This document shows positions 28,857 through 38,394 of a DNA stretch of 64,000 nt, in pieces. Below the pieces are notes generated by a model that worked only from the letters and a program-made list of their open reading frames with translations, did no database searches and was not told the origin of the DNA. The position numbers were made by a program, and so were the translations under genes. The stretch lies in contig CAZWDO010000008.1 in the NCBI GenBank assembly GCA_964632485.1, positions 62,001 to 126,000 on the forward strand, in the 5' to 3' direction. The stretch's first letter is position 1; each line of letters begins with the position of its first letter. Origin of the DNA: an uncultured bacterium (GTDB lineage: Bacteria > JAGOEH01).

Positions 28857-30332
28857 ATGAACACTATTTTAGATTCGCTACCGGAAAAAAGCCGGGATAT
28901 TATTCAAAATTTCTTCTTAACCTTTAAGAATAAAATTGCTGAAGATATTGTTAATTATGAAAAGGTGACCGAAGAGATTAAAAAAACAGCCCAAAAAGGC
29001 GTTGAAACTCGTTTACAGCTCCACCAAATCGATAAAGAAACAGAAAAAGCCGCCACAGGTATTATCGAAAAATCGGAACTGATTATGGAAAGGCAGAATG
29101 AGATTACCGATTTTGCCAAGAAGCTTAAAGCGAATTCAAAAAAGGAAGAAGATAATCTGATTCCAAAATTTGAAACGCTGTTGCTAAATATTCTGGAAGC
29201 TTCAAAAATCGTTAAGGGCATGGATATTGAAAAATCATTGCGGGAGAAGATTAAGACCGTTGAACGTGAATTGATCATAATGACCGCGGATAAACTGGTG
29301 AGTCACGAAGTCCTTTCGGATATTATTTCCCGATTGGAGATTAATGCCAATGAAAATCTGGATGATCTGTTCGAGATTTTGAACCTTTGTCAGTTTCAAG
29401 ACATTACATCCCAGGAACTGGCTAAGGCGCATTCTTTGATCAAGACTATCATCGATCGATTGAATTATGTTTTGAACGCATTCAATATTGAAGGCCTGGA
29501 AGTTAAAGATGATATTAAAATCCGAGCGTTTGACGCTAACGCCTCTTTTAGTAGCCGGGCGCATGAACAGCAAGAGATCGATGAGTTGTTTCAGGCAAAG
29601 GGAGATCTATTTGCGCCATCGAAAGCCCAGGCCGCTGCTCCAGCCCCAAAACCAGCCCCGGCTCCCATTGCAAAACCGCAGCCGCTGCCCGCTAAGCCAG
29701 CTCCTGTAGTAAAAAAGAGTGTACCCCCGCTTCCGGTAGCGAAGTCTCCGGCAAGTAACCGTGAGACGGTTGCCCCGGACGACCTGGATTTTTTTGAGCG
29801 AATTAAGGCGGAAATGGAATCCAGTCCTCCTGTTTCTAAACCCACCATTAGCCCTCCGGTAAGCGAACCGAAAAAAACGGTCAAAGCAACCAAAGAACCC
29901 GAAGTTATCGCCCCGGATGATATGGATTTTTTTGAGAGGCTTAAAGCGGAAATGGAAAATCAAGACAGCGCTGAAGATGAGTCTCCCGAACCGGATCAGC
30001 AATCCATGGATGTTTTTGAACAACTGCAATCCGAGATGAGAAATATCACGGTTGATTCATCTGCAGATGAAGAGGAAACTATTTCACTGAGCGATGATGT
30101 CTTTGCTTCTTTGAAAAATTTTGAAGTTCAATCGTTCGATGTTGATGAGTCCGAAGAAGAACTTAATCCGTTAGAAATAGAAGTAGAGACCAGCGCCGCT
30201 AATCCGGAAAAATCGAAGAATAACGGATTCGCTCAAATTGATATTGACGAACTGACCAGAAAATTTGAAAATGCGGGTAGCGGCGAAATTATCAGTCAGG
30301 AAGAAATTGACCGTATTTTATCCGGAGGATAG
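28857..30332 (+). CDS. CheZ-like protein phosphatase with a long Pro-rich/acidic repeat tail
   Basis: Helical N-terminus with QFQDITSQ (CheZ DxxxQ motif) and C-terminal SQEEIDRIL (CheY-docking-type peptide). Confidence 0.65.
   Translation: MNTILDSLPEKSRDIIQNFFLTFKNKIAEDIVNYEKVTEEIKKTAQKGVETRLQLHQIDKETEKAATGIIEKSELIMERQNEITDFAKKLKANSKKEEDNLIPKFETLLLNILEASKIVKGMDIEKSLREKIKTVERELIIMTADKLVSHEVLSDIISRLEINANENLDDLFEILNLCQFQDITSQELAKAHSLIKTIIDRLNYVLNAFNIEGLEVKDDIKIRAFDANASFSSRAHEQQEIDELFQAKGDLFAPSKAQAAAPAPKPAPAPIAKPQPLPAKPAPVVKKSVPPLPVAKSPASNRETVAPDDLDFFERIKAEMESSPPVSKPTISPPVSEPKKTVKATKEPEVIAPDDMDFFERLKAEMENQDSAEDESPEPDQQSMDVFEQLQSEMRNITVDSSADEEETISLSDDVFASLKNFEVQSFDVDESEEELNPLEIEVETSAANPEKSKNNGFAQIDIDELTRKFENAGSGEIISQEEIDRILSGG
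29769..29957 (+). repeat. Two ~51-bp intragenic direct repeats (APDDLDFFERIKAEME and APDDMDFFERLKAEME)
   Basis: Near-identical copies at 29769-29819 and 29907-29957. Confidence 0.85.
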
Positions 30333-30346
30333 CAGATATATAATTA

Positions 30347-33300
30347 ATGACTATATTTGATTTAGAGTTATCAACACTCCAATCCCTGCTCGATATTCCC
30401 GAAAGCGAATTCGTTTCGATTTTTTTTAAATATAGGGACTCCTCTTATACTCTTTATTATGACCGTGGAAAAGCCGGATTGAGATGGTTAACCGATTTTT
30501 CCGAGCTGAATGATTATTGTTGTTTTTGGTTCAGCGATAATAAATTAAGTTATTACTGCAGTTGTTGCCCTCGATCGACTGAAGTGTGCGAGCACATTAT
30601 TTTCACTATTTTCCAATGGACAAAAGCCTGCCGGGCGCTTTTAGATCATTCCCAGAGCCTTAGTGATCATTTTCCCCACCAGTTGAATCCTGCGATGGCC
30701 AGCCAATTTTTGGCGGATTTGGACGAAGCGGCCTCTACCCGCGCGTGCAGTATTTTAAATTTTGAACCGATTCTGATCTATCATCACCATTATTCATATA
30801 TCAAAGGGTTACTCATTGAGAATGATATTAATTTGTATTTGAACTGGGATTTGGATCAGACTCCAGATAAAATTGATTGCACGTGCTTTCACGAAAAATG
30901 CGCCCATCGTGTTGCTTTTTTTTTGCGAATTTTGTTGAGTTACAATCCAGCTATCAATTGGCGATATTTTTTCCCCAATATGACAATTTCAGTTAAAATT
31001 TTGCAGTATCATCGTTTTAAACGTGATTTTTTATTTCATCATGCGATTTCTGAGACGGCAAAAAATATTTCGGATCCGACCAGAAATTACCAGTTGTTCA
31101 TTTCACTTAAGAAAACCGCTGATCAAGCTATGCTGCATATCCAGAAGTCCTTCTACTTGAAAACAGGAACAACCGGGCGCTTGATTGATTTCCCGCCGGC
31201 TTCCTTGTTCGAAGATTTAGTTGCGTTTCCGGAACCGTTGCAGCGTTTAATCGAACTTTTAGTTATTCCCCGGGAGCTGGGCGTTGGCGCTGGTATCGGC
31301 GGTTTACAGGGGAACCGGTTGGAATATGCTCTGGATAACCAACCGATCACTTCACGAATTTTGGAACGGTGCCGTGATTACTACCGCCAGAAACCAAAGC
31401 AATATGTCAATATAACGTTTTTTGAGAATTTTTTCCCCAGCCAGGTTTTTTTTCATATTAATTCTTCCCCAACCAACGTCTTGTCTGTCGTAATTGAATT
31501 AAGATTCGACAATTCGGGAGAGATTATTTCTTTGACCCGGCAGAATACTCTAGTTTTAGGATTAAATCCCGAATGGGTGATTGTAGAGCAGGGAGATCAA
31601 GTTTACGCCGCGCCGGCAATGCTGACCAGCCATTATCTTTTAAAGGATTTAACCACATATTTCCCAATGGAGGTTCCATACCAGAATTTTCTTGCCTTTT
31701 TTCAGAAATATTATGAAATCTTTCATGCTCTCGGTAAACTTAAACTGCCTTTGGAGTTTACTATAGAAGAGATTGGAGATATTGACCCGCATCCCGCCGT
31801 ATTTATAAGCAATTATCAAAATACAATCGGAATTGAGCTGAAATTTTCGTATAATGAACAATGGATCTATTATTATAATTCCAATGATTTTTTATTATAT
31901 CGGGATGAGGAACGCATGATTGCTATCCGCAGGAAACGGGCCGCAGAGGATGAATATTATGCGATATTAGCCGAAACCGGAGCCGTTCCGCAGGACAGGC
32001 TTTTAATTCCACGTCATGATCCCGTTGAATGGATCGCCGATGAATTACCCCGGCTTCATGAAAAGGGATTTGACATTTATGGCCAGAATGATTTGCAGTA
32101 TTACCGCATACATCCCGCTAAACCGAAACTTAAAATGCAACTCACCAGTGGCATTAATTGGTTCGACCTTCAACTCAACGTTCAATTCGGCGAGGAATCA
32201 ATCGCAGTAGAGTCGATAATTCAAGCTTTAGATCAACATCATCGTTATATAAAGCTGAGTGACGGGCGTTTGGGGATAATTCCCAAAAATTGGCTGCAAA
32301 AATTAAGCGGGATTTTAGGGTTTTTAAAGAAAGCGCCCGAAGAAGGTAAGTATCGCGCTAATTTTGGACATTTTGAATTGTTGGAAGCGATTTGTACAAT
32401 TGCCGACTATGTTGAATCCGATCCCGCCTATCTACGTATGCGGGAGTTGGTCAATAATTATACAGAAAACTTTCATGTAGCGCTGCCAAAAAATTTTTCA
32501 GGTATTTTAAGACCTTATCAACAAGCAGGTTATCAATGGCTTCATTTTCTTCGACACTACGGCTTGGGTGGATGCCTGGCCGATGAAATGGGCCTCGGGA
32601 AAACAGTTCAAGCCCTGTCAATTCTATTATACGAAAAAGAACAGGGAAATCAATTAAGTAGTTTAATCATTGTTCCGACTTCCCTGATGTTTAATTGGCT
32701 GGAGGAAATCAATAAATTTGTCCCAAGTTTGCGGGTCATTTCCTATCATGGAACGGGTCGCATATTCCCCTGGGGCACCACTCAACGGCCGGATTGTGAT
32801 CTGATTATCACGACCTATGGTATATTAAGAAATGATATCGCGGATTTTTCAAAAATTCAATTTAACTATGCGATCCTGGATGAGGCTCAAATTATTAAAA
32901 ACCCGACAAGTCTTGCTGCCCTGGCAGTCTGTCAGTTAAATGCCCGCCATCGACTGGCGCTCACAGGGACCCCCATTGAGAATAACCTGCTGGAGCTTTG
33001 GTCGCTATTTAAATTTACGAATCCGGGTTTGCTGGGACGGCTGGATTATTTCCGTGATCATTTCGTCCGGCAAATCGAACGGCAGGAAGATCAGAGCGCG
33101 CGCGAGGCCTTGAAACGGTTAGTGAAGCCTTTTATTTTATTGCGGAAAAAAGAGGATGTCGCTACAGAACTCCCCCCGAAACAGATTATGACGACTCGGG
33201 TCGATATGACCCCTGAACAAGAAGCCCTATACCGGGAATATCTGCAACAGAGCCGCTCCATACTACAGGATGCATCACAACGTAATCGACTTAAAAAAAA

Positions 33301-33892
33301 TAAATTTGAAATTCTTCAGGCCTTGATGAGATTACGCCAGATCGCTAATCATCCCCGTTTGGTTTATAAGGATTACCGGCATGGATCGGGGAAATTTGAA
33401 ATGATGACGCGGCAATGGGATGAAATTATCGCAGAAGGACATAAAATATTGATTTTTTCAGCTTTTGTCAAATTTTTAAAAATTATCCGGGCTCATTTTG
33501 TGCAGTTTGATATCCCTTTCGCTTATATTGACGGCAGCACCCGGAATCGCGCTGAACAAGTCCAGCGTTTTCAACATGATCCGGATTGCCCGGTTTTTTT
33601 ACTCAGTCTTAAAGCTGGCGGGCTGGGACTCAATTTAACGGCAGCGGATTATGTTTTTATTATTGATCCCTGGTGGAACCCTGCGGTGGAAATGCAAGCC
33701 ATTGATCGCGCCCATCGCATCGGTCAAACTCGCCCGATCATGGTTTATAAGATGATTTCTCGCAATACGATCGAAGAACATATCGTCGAATTACAACAAA
33801 AAAAACTGATACTGGTCCAGGAAATTATTCCCGCTTCGCAAATCCTGAACTATTTCAACTCCGAAGAATTGATTGGATTGATAGAAGCCTGA
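30347..33892 (+). CDS. SWIM zinc-finger SNF2-family helicase/ATPase
   Basis: CSC...CEH and CTC...CAH SWIM-like motifs; LADEMGLGKT, ILDEAQ, LTGTPIEN, LKAGGLGLNL, QAIDRAHRIGQ. Confidence 0.92.
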   Translation: MTIFDLELSTLQSLLDIPESEFVSIFFKYRDSSYTLYYDRGKAGLRWLTDFSELNDYCCFWFSDNKLSYYCSCCPRSTEVCEHIIFTIFQWTKACRALLDHSQSLSDHFPHQLNPAMASQFLADLDEAASTRACSILNFEPILIYHHHYSYIKGLLIENDINLYLNWDLDQTPDKIDCTCFHEKCAHRVAFFLRILLSYNPAINWRYFFPNMTISVKILQYHRFKRDFLFHHAISETAKNISDPTRNYQLFISLKKTADQAMLHIQKSFYLKTGTTGRLIDFPPASLFEDLVAFPEPLQRLIELLVIPRELGVGAGIGGLQGNRLEYALDNQPITSRILERCRDYYRQKPKQYVNITFFENFFPSQVFFHINSSPTNVLSVVIELRFDNSGEIISLTRQNTLVLGLNPEWVIVEQGDQVYAAPAMLTSHYLLKDLTTYFPMEVPYQNFLAFFQKYYEIFHALGKLKLPLEFTIEEIGDIDPHPAVFISNYQNTIGIELKFSYNEQWIYYYNSNDFLLYRDEERMIAIRRKRAAEDEYYAILAETGAVPQDRLLIPRHDPVEWIADELPRLHEKGFDIYGQNDLQYYRIHPAKPKLKMQLTSGINWFDLQLNVQFGEESIAVESIIQALDQHHRYIKLSDGRLGIIPKNWLQKLSGILGFLKKAPEEGKYRANFGHFELLEAICTIADYVESDPAYLRMRELVNNYTENFHVALPKNFSGILRPYQQAGYQWLHFLRHYGLGGCLADEMGLGKTVQALSILLYEKEQGNQLSSLIIVPTSLMFNWLEEINKFVPSLRVISYHGTGRIFPWGTTQRPDCDLIITTYGILRNDIADFSKIQFNYAILDEAQIIKNPTSLAALAVCQLNARHRLALTGTPIENNLLELWSLFKFTNPGLLGRLDYFRDHFVRQIERQEDQSAREALKRLVKPFILLRKKEDVATELPPKQIMTTRVDMTPEQEALYREYLQQSRSILQDASQRNRLKKNKFEILQALMRLRQIANHPRLVYKDYRHGSGKFEMMTRQWDEIIAEGHKILIFSAFVKFLKIIRAHFVQFDIPFAYIDGSTRNRAEQVQRFQHDPDCPVFLLSLKAGGLGLNLTAADYVFIIDPWWNPAVEMQAIDRAHRIGQTRPIMVYKMISRNTIEEHIVELQQKKLILVQEIIPASQILNYFNSEELIGLIEA

Positions 33893-34067
33893 TCGGCTTT
33901 TTTGCCTGAATTGCTCTAAGCTGAAGTAAAGATAATCATCTGAAAAATTTTTATTTCCCTACCGAACATCATCGCATAGCAATTTTCTTTAACCCGTAAA
34001 ATTGCCAGTACACTTTTTAATCGTTTATCAGATTTAAAATTGGCGAGAATGGTTGCTTGACTGTGAT

Positions 34068-34108
34068 AAAACTAAAACAGCCCTTGATTGCTTCTACCAA
34101 GGGCTGTT
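34068..34108 (-). terminator. Rho-independent terminator of the candidate sRNA
   Basis: Stem AACAGCCCTTG (34076-34086)/CAAGGGCTGTT (34098-34108); the minus strand reads ...GGGCTG-TTTTAGTTTT. Confidence 0.7.
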
Positions 34109-34137
34109 ATTAGGAGGTTTATGGGGTAATGGGGCAC
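34068..34137 (-). ncRNA. Candidate sigma54-dependent small RNA with C-rich anti-SD seed
   Basis: Lies between a -24/-12 promoter and an 11-bp terminator; single-stranded CCCCAUUACCCCAUAAACCUCCU; no ORF. Confidence 0.6.
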
Positions 34138-34146
34138 TAATAATTA

Positions 34147-34164
34147 ATGCAGTTTTTGTGCCAA
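34147..34164 (-). promoter_or_regulatory. sigma54 (-24/-12) promoter
   Basis: Minus strand TTGGCACAAAAACTGCAT; exact GG-N10-GC spacing, one mismatch to TGGCAC-N5-TTGCA. Confidence 0.7.
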
Positions 34165-34317
34165 TATCATAAGTACCATGGTATAAAATGAGTTATATGG
34201 ATTAATGATAAAATTTTCAGGAAAATATATTGTCATTTGGCTCAAATATGTCAATGTTGTATATTTTTTTTAAGGATAATCAGCATGATTTAGGGGGAGT
34301 GGAAGTCGATTATTGCC

Positions 34318-34346
34318 TTGACTTTTTTGTAAAAAAATATTATATT
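34318..34346 (+). promoter_or_regulatory. sigma70 promoter of gyrA
   Basis: TTGACT-17 nt-TATATT. Confidence 0.6.
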
Positions 34347-34402
34347 ATGCTAGCTTGTGATTTGTCTGCTTAGCATGGATTTATTAAGAAAGGCCTACTG
34401 GA

Positions 34403-36847
34403 ATGAATCAGGAACGCATTATTGAAGTAAATATTGAAGAAGAAATGAAGAAATCTTATTTGGCTTATTCCATGAGTGTCATAGTAGCTCGAGCCTTACC
34501 TGATGTCAGAGACGGGTTGAAACCGGTCCATCGACGGATATTATATGCGATGCAGGAATTGGGGCTTGATTTTAACCGGCCTTATAAGAAATCAGCGCGC
34601 ATCGTGGGTGAGGTTTTAGGTAAATATCATCCTCATGGTGATACAGCAGTGTATGATGCGATGGTGCGTATGGTTCAGGAATTCAGCCTGCGGTATCCCC
34701 TGATCAACGGGCAGGGCAATTTTGGCAGCGTGGACGGGGATTCTGCGGCGGCAATGCGTTACACGGAAGCGCGTTTACATAAAATTACTCAATTGTTACT
34801 GCAGGATATAGATAAAAATACGGTCGATTTCACATCGAACTTTGATGATACCCTGAAAGAGCCTTCAATTTTACCGACGGTGATACCTAATATTATGCTC
34901 AATGGCAGTTCAGGAATTGCCGTAGGAATGTCCACCAACATTCCGCCGCATAATCTCGCTGAAGTGGTTGATGCTTTAATCCAACTGGTTGAGTATCCGG
35001 AGATTGAGAATAGCGAATTGATGAAAAACGTCAAAGGCCCTGATTTTCCAACCGGGGGTCTGATTGTCGGCACTCAGGGAATACGGAGTATGTATGAGAC
35101 GGGCCGTGGGCGGATTATTATGCGCGCCCGCACCTTTATCGAGACAACCAAACAGGGCAAGGACCGTATTGTTGTTACCGAATTGCCGTATCAGGTCAAC
35201 AAAGCCAATTTGATCACACAGATTGCTGATTTAGTCAAAGATAAAAAGATCGAACAAATATCGGATATTCGCGATGAATCTGATCGGGATGGGATTCGTA
35301 TTGTTATCGAGTTAAAAAAAGACGCTGTGCCGCGGGTAGTTTTAAATAATCTTTTCAAACATTCAAATTTGCAATGTACCTTTGGCGCCATTATGTTGAT
35401 GCTGGTTAATAAAATTCCCCAAACTCTCTGTCTGAAAGAGATTTTGGAGCATTTTTTAAAATTTCGGCATGAAGTTATTCTACGGCGAACCCGCTTCGAG
35501 CTGGAAAACGCCGAAAAACGAGCTCATATCCTGGAAGGATTGAAAATTGCGTTAGCCAATCTGGATGAAGTCATTCAGATTATCCGGCAGTCGCGTAATC
35601 CGGAAATTGCCAAGCAGCAATTGATGAGCCATTTCCAATTATCAGATCTTCAGGCGCAGGCTATTCTGGATTTGCGTTTACAGCGCTTGACCAGTCTTGA
35701 ACAGGAAAAAATTGAGAATGAGTACCTCGAATTAATTAAAGTTATTAACCGACTGCGCGAGATTCTGGCAAACTACCATTTACAGATGCAGGTTATCAAG
35801 GATGAACTTTTACAGGCAAAGAAAGATTATCAGGATCCTCGCCGAACAGAGATCACTTTCGATGAATCGGATAGTTATGAAATTCGTGATTTAATTGCCG
35901 ATGAAGAGGTCGTGGTGACGATTTCGCATAAAGGGTATATTAAACGCACCACGGTCAATAATTATCGGTTGCAGAAACGGGGAGGGCGTGGCGCAAATAG
36001 TATGAATATCCATGATGATGATTATGTAGAGCATATTTTTACTGCGTCCACGCATGATAAACTATTGGTTTTCACAACGTTGGGTCGCGTTTATGCGCTT
36101 AATGTCTATGAGATACCCGAAAGCGCGCGAACTGCTCGTGGCAAAGCAATTGTCAATTTATTGAATATGGGACCGGATGAAAATCTGACTAATTACATGG
36201 CGATTCGTGAATTTAAAGAAAATGCGTTTATTTTTATGACTACGCGTAAAGGAGTCATTAAAAAAACCTCTCTGGATGCTTTTGCCAATATTCGGCGGGA
36301 TGGAATTCGCGCCATTAATGTCGATGAAGATGACCGGTTGATCGGATGCAAGCTGACAAATGGACAAATGGAGATTATTTTAGCGACACGTAAAGGGAAA
36401 TCGATTCGGTTCCACGAAAGTCAGGTAAGATCAATGGGACGGACCGCTCATGGAGTTCGGGGTATTAATCTGGCTCCTAAGGATGAAGTGGTCGGCATGC
36501 TGGCTACGCGCGGTAATTATACATTGTCGCCGGTCACTAACGGCGGTTACGGAAAACGTTCCGATCTGGACGAATATCGAATTCAAAGCCGTGGCGGTAA
36601 AGGGATTATTAATATTAAAAGCGATACGAAACGTGGCGATGTGATTAACATTCTTGAAATTCGGGACGATGATCAATTAATGGTCATCACTAAAAAAGGA
36701 ATTTTAATCCGAACCAGTGTCAAGGAAATCAATACCGCCAGTCGCAATACCAAAGGTGTAAAAGTGATTAACCTCGATGAAGATGATCAAGTCATCGATA
36801 TTACTCCCGTGGTCATTGATGATGAGGATGAAACCACTGAGCAATAA
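34403..36847 (+). CDS. gyrA: DNA gyrase subunit A
   Basis: [29 protein letters not shown] (catalytic Tyr), GyrA box QKRGGRG. Confidence 0.97.
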   Translation: MNQERIIEVNIEEEMKKSYLAYSMSVIVARALPDVRDGLKPVHRRILYAMQELGLDFNRPYKKSARIVGEVLGKYHPHGDTAVYDAMVRMVQEFSLRYPLINGQGNFGSVDGDSAAAMRYTEARLHKITQLLLQDIDKNTVDFTSNFDDTLKEPSILPTVIPNIMLNGSSGIAVGMSTNIPPHNLAEVVDALIQLVEYPEIENSELMKNVKGPDFPTGGLIVGTQGIRSMYETGRGRIIMRARTFIETTKQGKDRIVVTELPYQVNKANLITQIADLVKDKKIEQISDIRDESDRDGIRIVIELKKDAVPRVVLNNLFKHSNLQCTFGAIMLMLVNKIPQTLCLKEILEHFLKFRHEVILRRTRFELENAEKRAHILEGLKIALANLDEVIQIIRQSRNPEIAKQQLMSHFQLSDLQAQAILDLRLQRLTSLEQEKIENEYLELIKVINRLREILANYHLQMQVIKDELLQAKKDYQDPRRTEITFDESDSYEIRDLIADEEVVVTISHKGYIKRTTVNNYRLQKRGGRGANSMNIHDDDYVEHIFTASTHDKLLVFTTLGRVYALNVYEIPESARTARGKAIVNLLNMGPDENLTNYMAIREFKENAFIFMTTRKGVIKKTSLDAFANIRRDGIRAINVDEDDRLIGCKLTNGQMEIILATRKGKSIRFHESQVRSMGRTAHGVRGINLAPKDEVVGMLATRGNYTLSPVTNGGYGKRSDLDEYRIQSRGGKGIINIKSDTKRGDVINILEIRDDDQLMVITKKGILIRTSVKEINTASRNTKGVKVINLDEDDQVIDITPVVIDDEDETTEQ

Positions 36848-36871
36848 ACTATTAACCCGAGAGGAGAGAAA

Positions 36872-38008
36872 ATGAAATATTTTCCTCACTTGTTTACTTC
36901 GGAATCGGTTACCGAAGGACATCCGGATAAAATGTGCGATCAGATATCTGATGCCATTTTGGATGCGATTATTTCCGAAGATCCCGTTGCCCGTGTTGCG
37001 TGCGAAACTTTTGTTACGACGGGACTGGTTATCGTAGGCGGCGAAATTACGACGAAGACCTATGTTCATATTCCGGCGGTGGTCCGGGATGTTATTCGTG
37101 AAATTGGGTATGATAATGCCGATTACGGTTTTGATTATAAAACTTGCGCGGTAATGACCACCATCGATACGCAATCGCCTGATATCGCCATGGGAGTTGA
37201 CCATGAAGGCGCCGGCGACCAGGGGATGATGTTCGGATTTGCTTGCCGGGAAACCACGGAACTCATGCCGTTGCCTATCATGCTGGCCCATAAACTGACG
37301 ATGCGTTTAACCGAGGCTCGTAAACAAAACTGGTTGAAATTCCTGCGCCCGGATGGTAAATCACAGGTAACTGTGGAATATGAAGATAATAAGCCCAAAC
37401 GCATTGATACAGTCGTTATTTCATCGCAGCACGATCCCGACATAACTCATGAAGAATTGAGCGCAAAAATTATTGAGAAGATCATTAAACCTGTTTTACC
37501 CCCGTCAATGGTAGATGATAAAACGATTTTTCATATCAATCCGACCGGCCGCTTCGTTGTAGGGGGTCCTATGGGCGATACCGGGTTGACCGGACGGAAA
37601 ATTATCGTCGATACCTATGGTGGCAGCGGCCGTCATGGTGGCGGCGCATTTTCGGGCAAAGATCCCACCAAAGTGGACCGTTCGGCATGTTATGCCGCCC
37701 GCTGGATAGCTAAGAATATCGTTGCGTCCGGTGTGGCTGATGTCTGCGAGGTTCAACTGGCTTATGCCATCGGAGTAGCGAATCCGGTCTCAATCATGGT
37801 CGATACATTCGATACCGGAAAAAAACCGGATAATGAGATCGCTTGTTTAGTAAGAGACAACTTTGATTTAACGCCAAGGGGTATAATTGCTTCTCTTAAA
37901 CTCCATCGCCCTGTTTATCGTCAAACAGCGGCTTATGGCCATTTTGGACGCGAAGGTGAGGGTTTTACCTGGGAAGTCGCTAACCGCGTTGATGTCTTTC
38001 AAAAATAA
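36872..38008 (+). CDS. metK: S-adenosylmethionine synthetase
   Basis: [33 protein letters not shown]. Confidence 0.98.
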   Translation: MKYFPHLFTSESVTEGHPDKMCDQISDAILDAIISEDPVARVACETFVTTGLVIVGGEITTKTYVHIPAVVRDVIREIGYDNADYGFDYKTCAVMTTIDTQSPDIAMGVDHEGAGDQGMMFGFACRETTELMPLPIMLAHKLTMRLTEARKQNWLKFLRPDGKSQVTVEYEDNKPKRIDTVVISSQHDPDITHEELSAKIIEKIIKPVLPPSMVDDKTIFHINPTGRFVVGGPMGDTGLTGRKIIVDTYGGSGRHGGGAFSGKDPTKVDRSACYAARWIAKNIVASGVADVCEVQLAYAIGVANPVSIMVDTFDTGKKPDNEIACLVRDNFDLTPRGIIASLKLHRPVYRQTAAYGHFGREGEGFTWEVANRVDVFQK

Positions 38009-38031
38009 GTCTTGTTTTTGATTCTGATTAT

Positions 38032-38063
38032 ACCGCGCTTATCATCGATAAGCGCGGTTTTTT
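38032..38063 (+). terminator. Rho-independent terminator after metK
   Basis: 12-bp stem ACCGCGCTTATC/GATAAGCGCGGT plus T-run. Confidence 0.85.
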
Positions 38064-38325
38064 ATTGCTGATCGTCCTGAAGAAAATCATCTCCTGTTTC
38101 CGATGAAATAACTTCCTGATATAATTGTTGGATCATCAGTTCGTCTTCTTCATTTGCCTCGAGATATCCCCATCCTTTCTGGTACTGGATGATCCCATTA
38201 TATGCTGTGTCATGGTAGCTATGAACCCGGAATTCTATTTTCATCGTTTCAAGCACAAGACTGAGTTGATGCATTTGAAATATATTGTCGAATATGATTA
38301 CTTTTTTCAAAATCGAATTCCTCAA
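38062..38325 (-). CDS. Small hypothetical protein (DUF2007/GlnB-like fold possible)
   Basis: 87 aa; pattern DNIFQ...VLE...I...SYHDTAYNGI...KGWG fills the gap between prc and the metK terminator. Confidence 0.55.
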   Translation of the reverse strand: MRNSILKKVIIFDNIFQMHQLSLVLETMKIEFRVHSYHDTAYNGIIQYQKGWGYLEANEEDELMIQQLYQEVISSETGDDFLQDDQQ

Positions 38326-38394
38326 CTAATTTTCTTTTGAATGATTTAAAAAAACTTTCTATAAATCCTTATCTAAAGAAATATTGGGTAAACT

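Noticed and set aside
29769-29957. CRISPR-like or mobile repeat
   Set aside because: Only two in-frame copies with mostly synonymous or conservative differences, so it is a protein repeat; no cas genes
30347-33892. SNF2 helicase as part of an anti-phage system
   Set aside because: Solitary SWIM-SNF2 among housekeeping genes with no methylase, nuclease or other defence partners
34041-34057. Second sigma54-like motif TGGCGAGAATGGTTGCT on the plus strand
   Set aside because: GG-N11-GC spacing; sigma54 requires N10
34112-34140. Plus-strand AGGAGG-ATG minigenes (MG*, MGH*)
   Set aside because: Only 2-3 codons, 3-nt SD spacing for the first and no plus-strand promoter evident; better explained as the complement of the sRNA seed
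33893-34402. Possible oriC in the AT-rich region next to gyrA
   Set aside because: No TTATCCACA-type DnaA boxes seen and no dnaA in the window
36704-37291. 195-aa antisense ORF
   Set aside because: Shadow ORF on the opposite strand of conserved gyrA/metK
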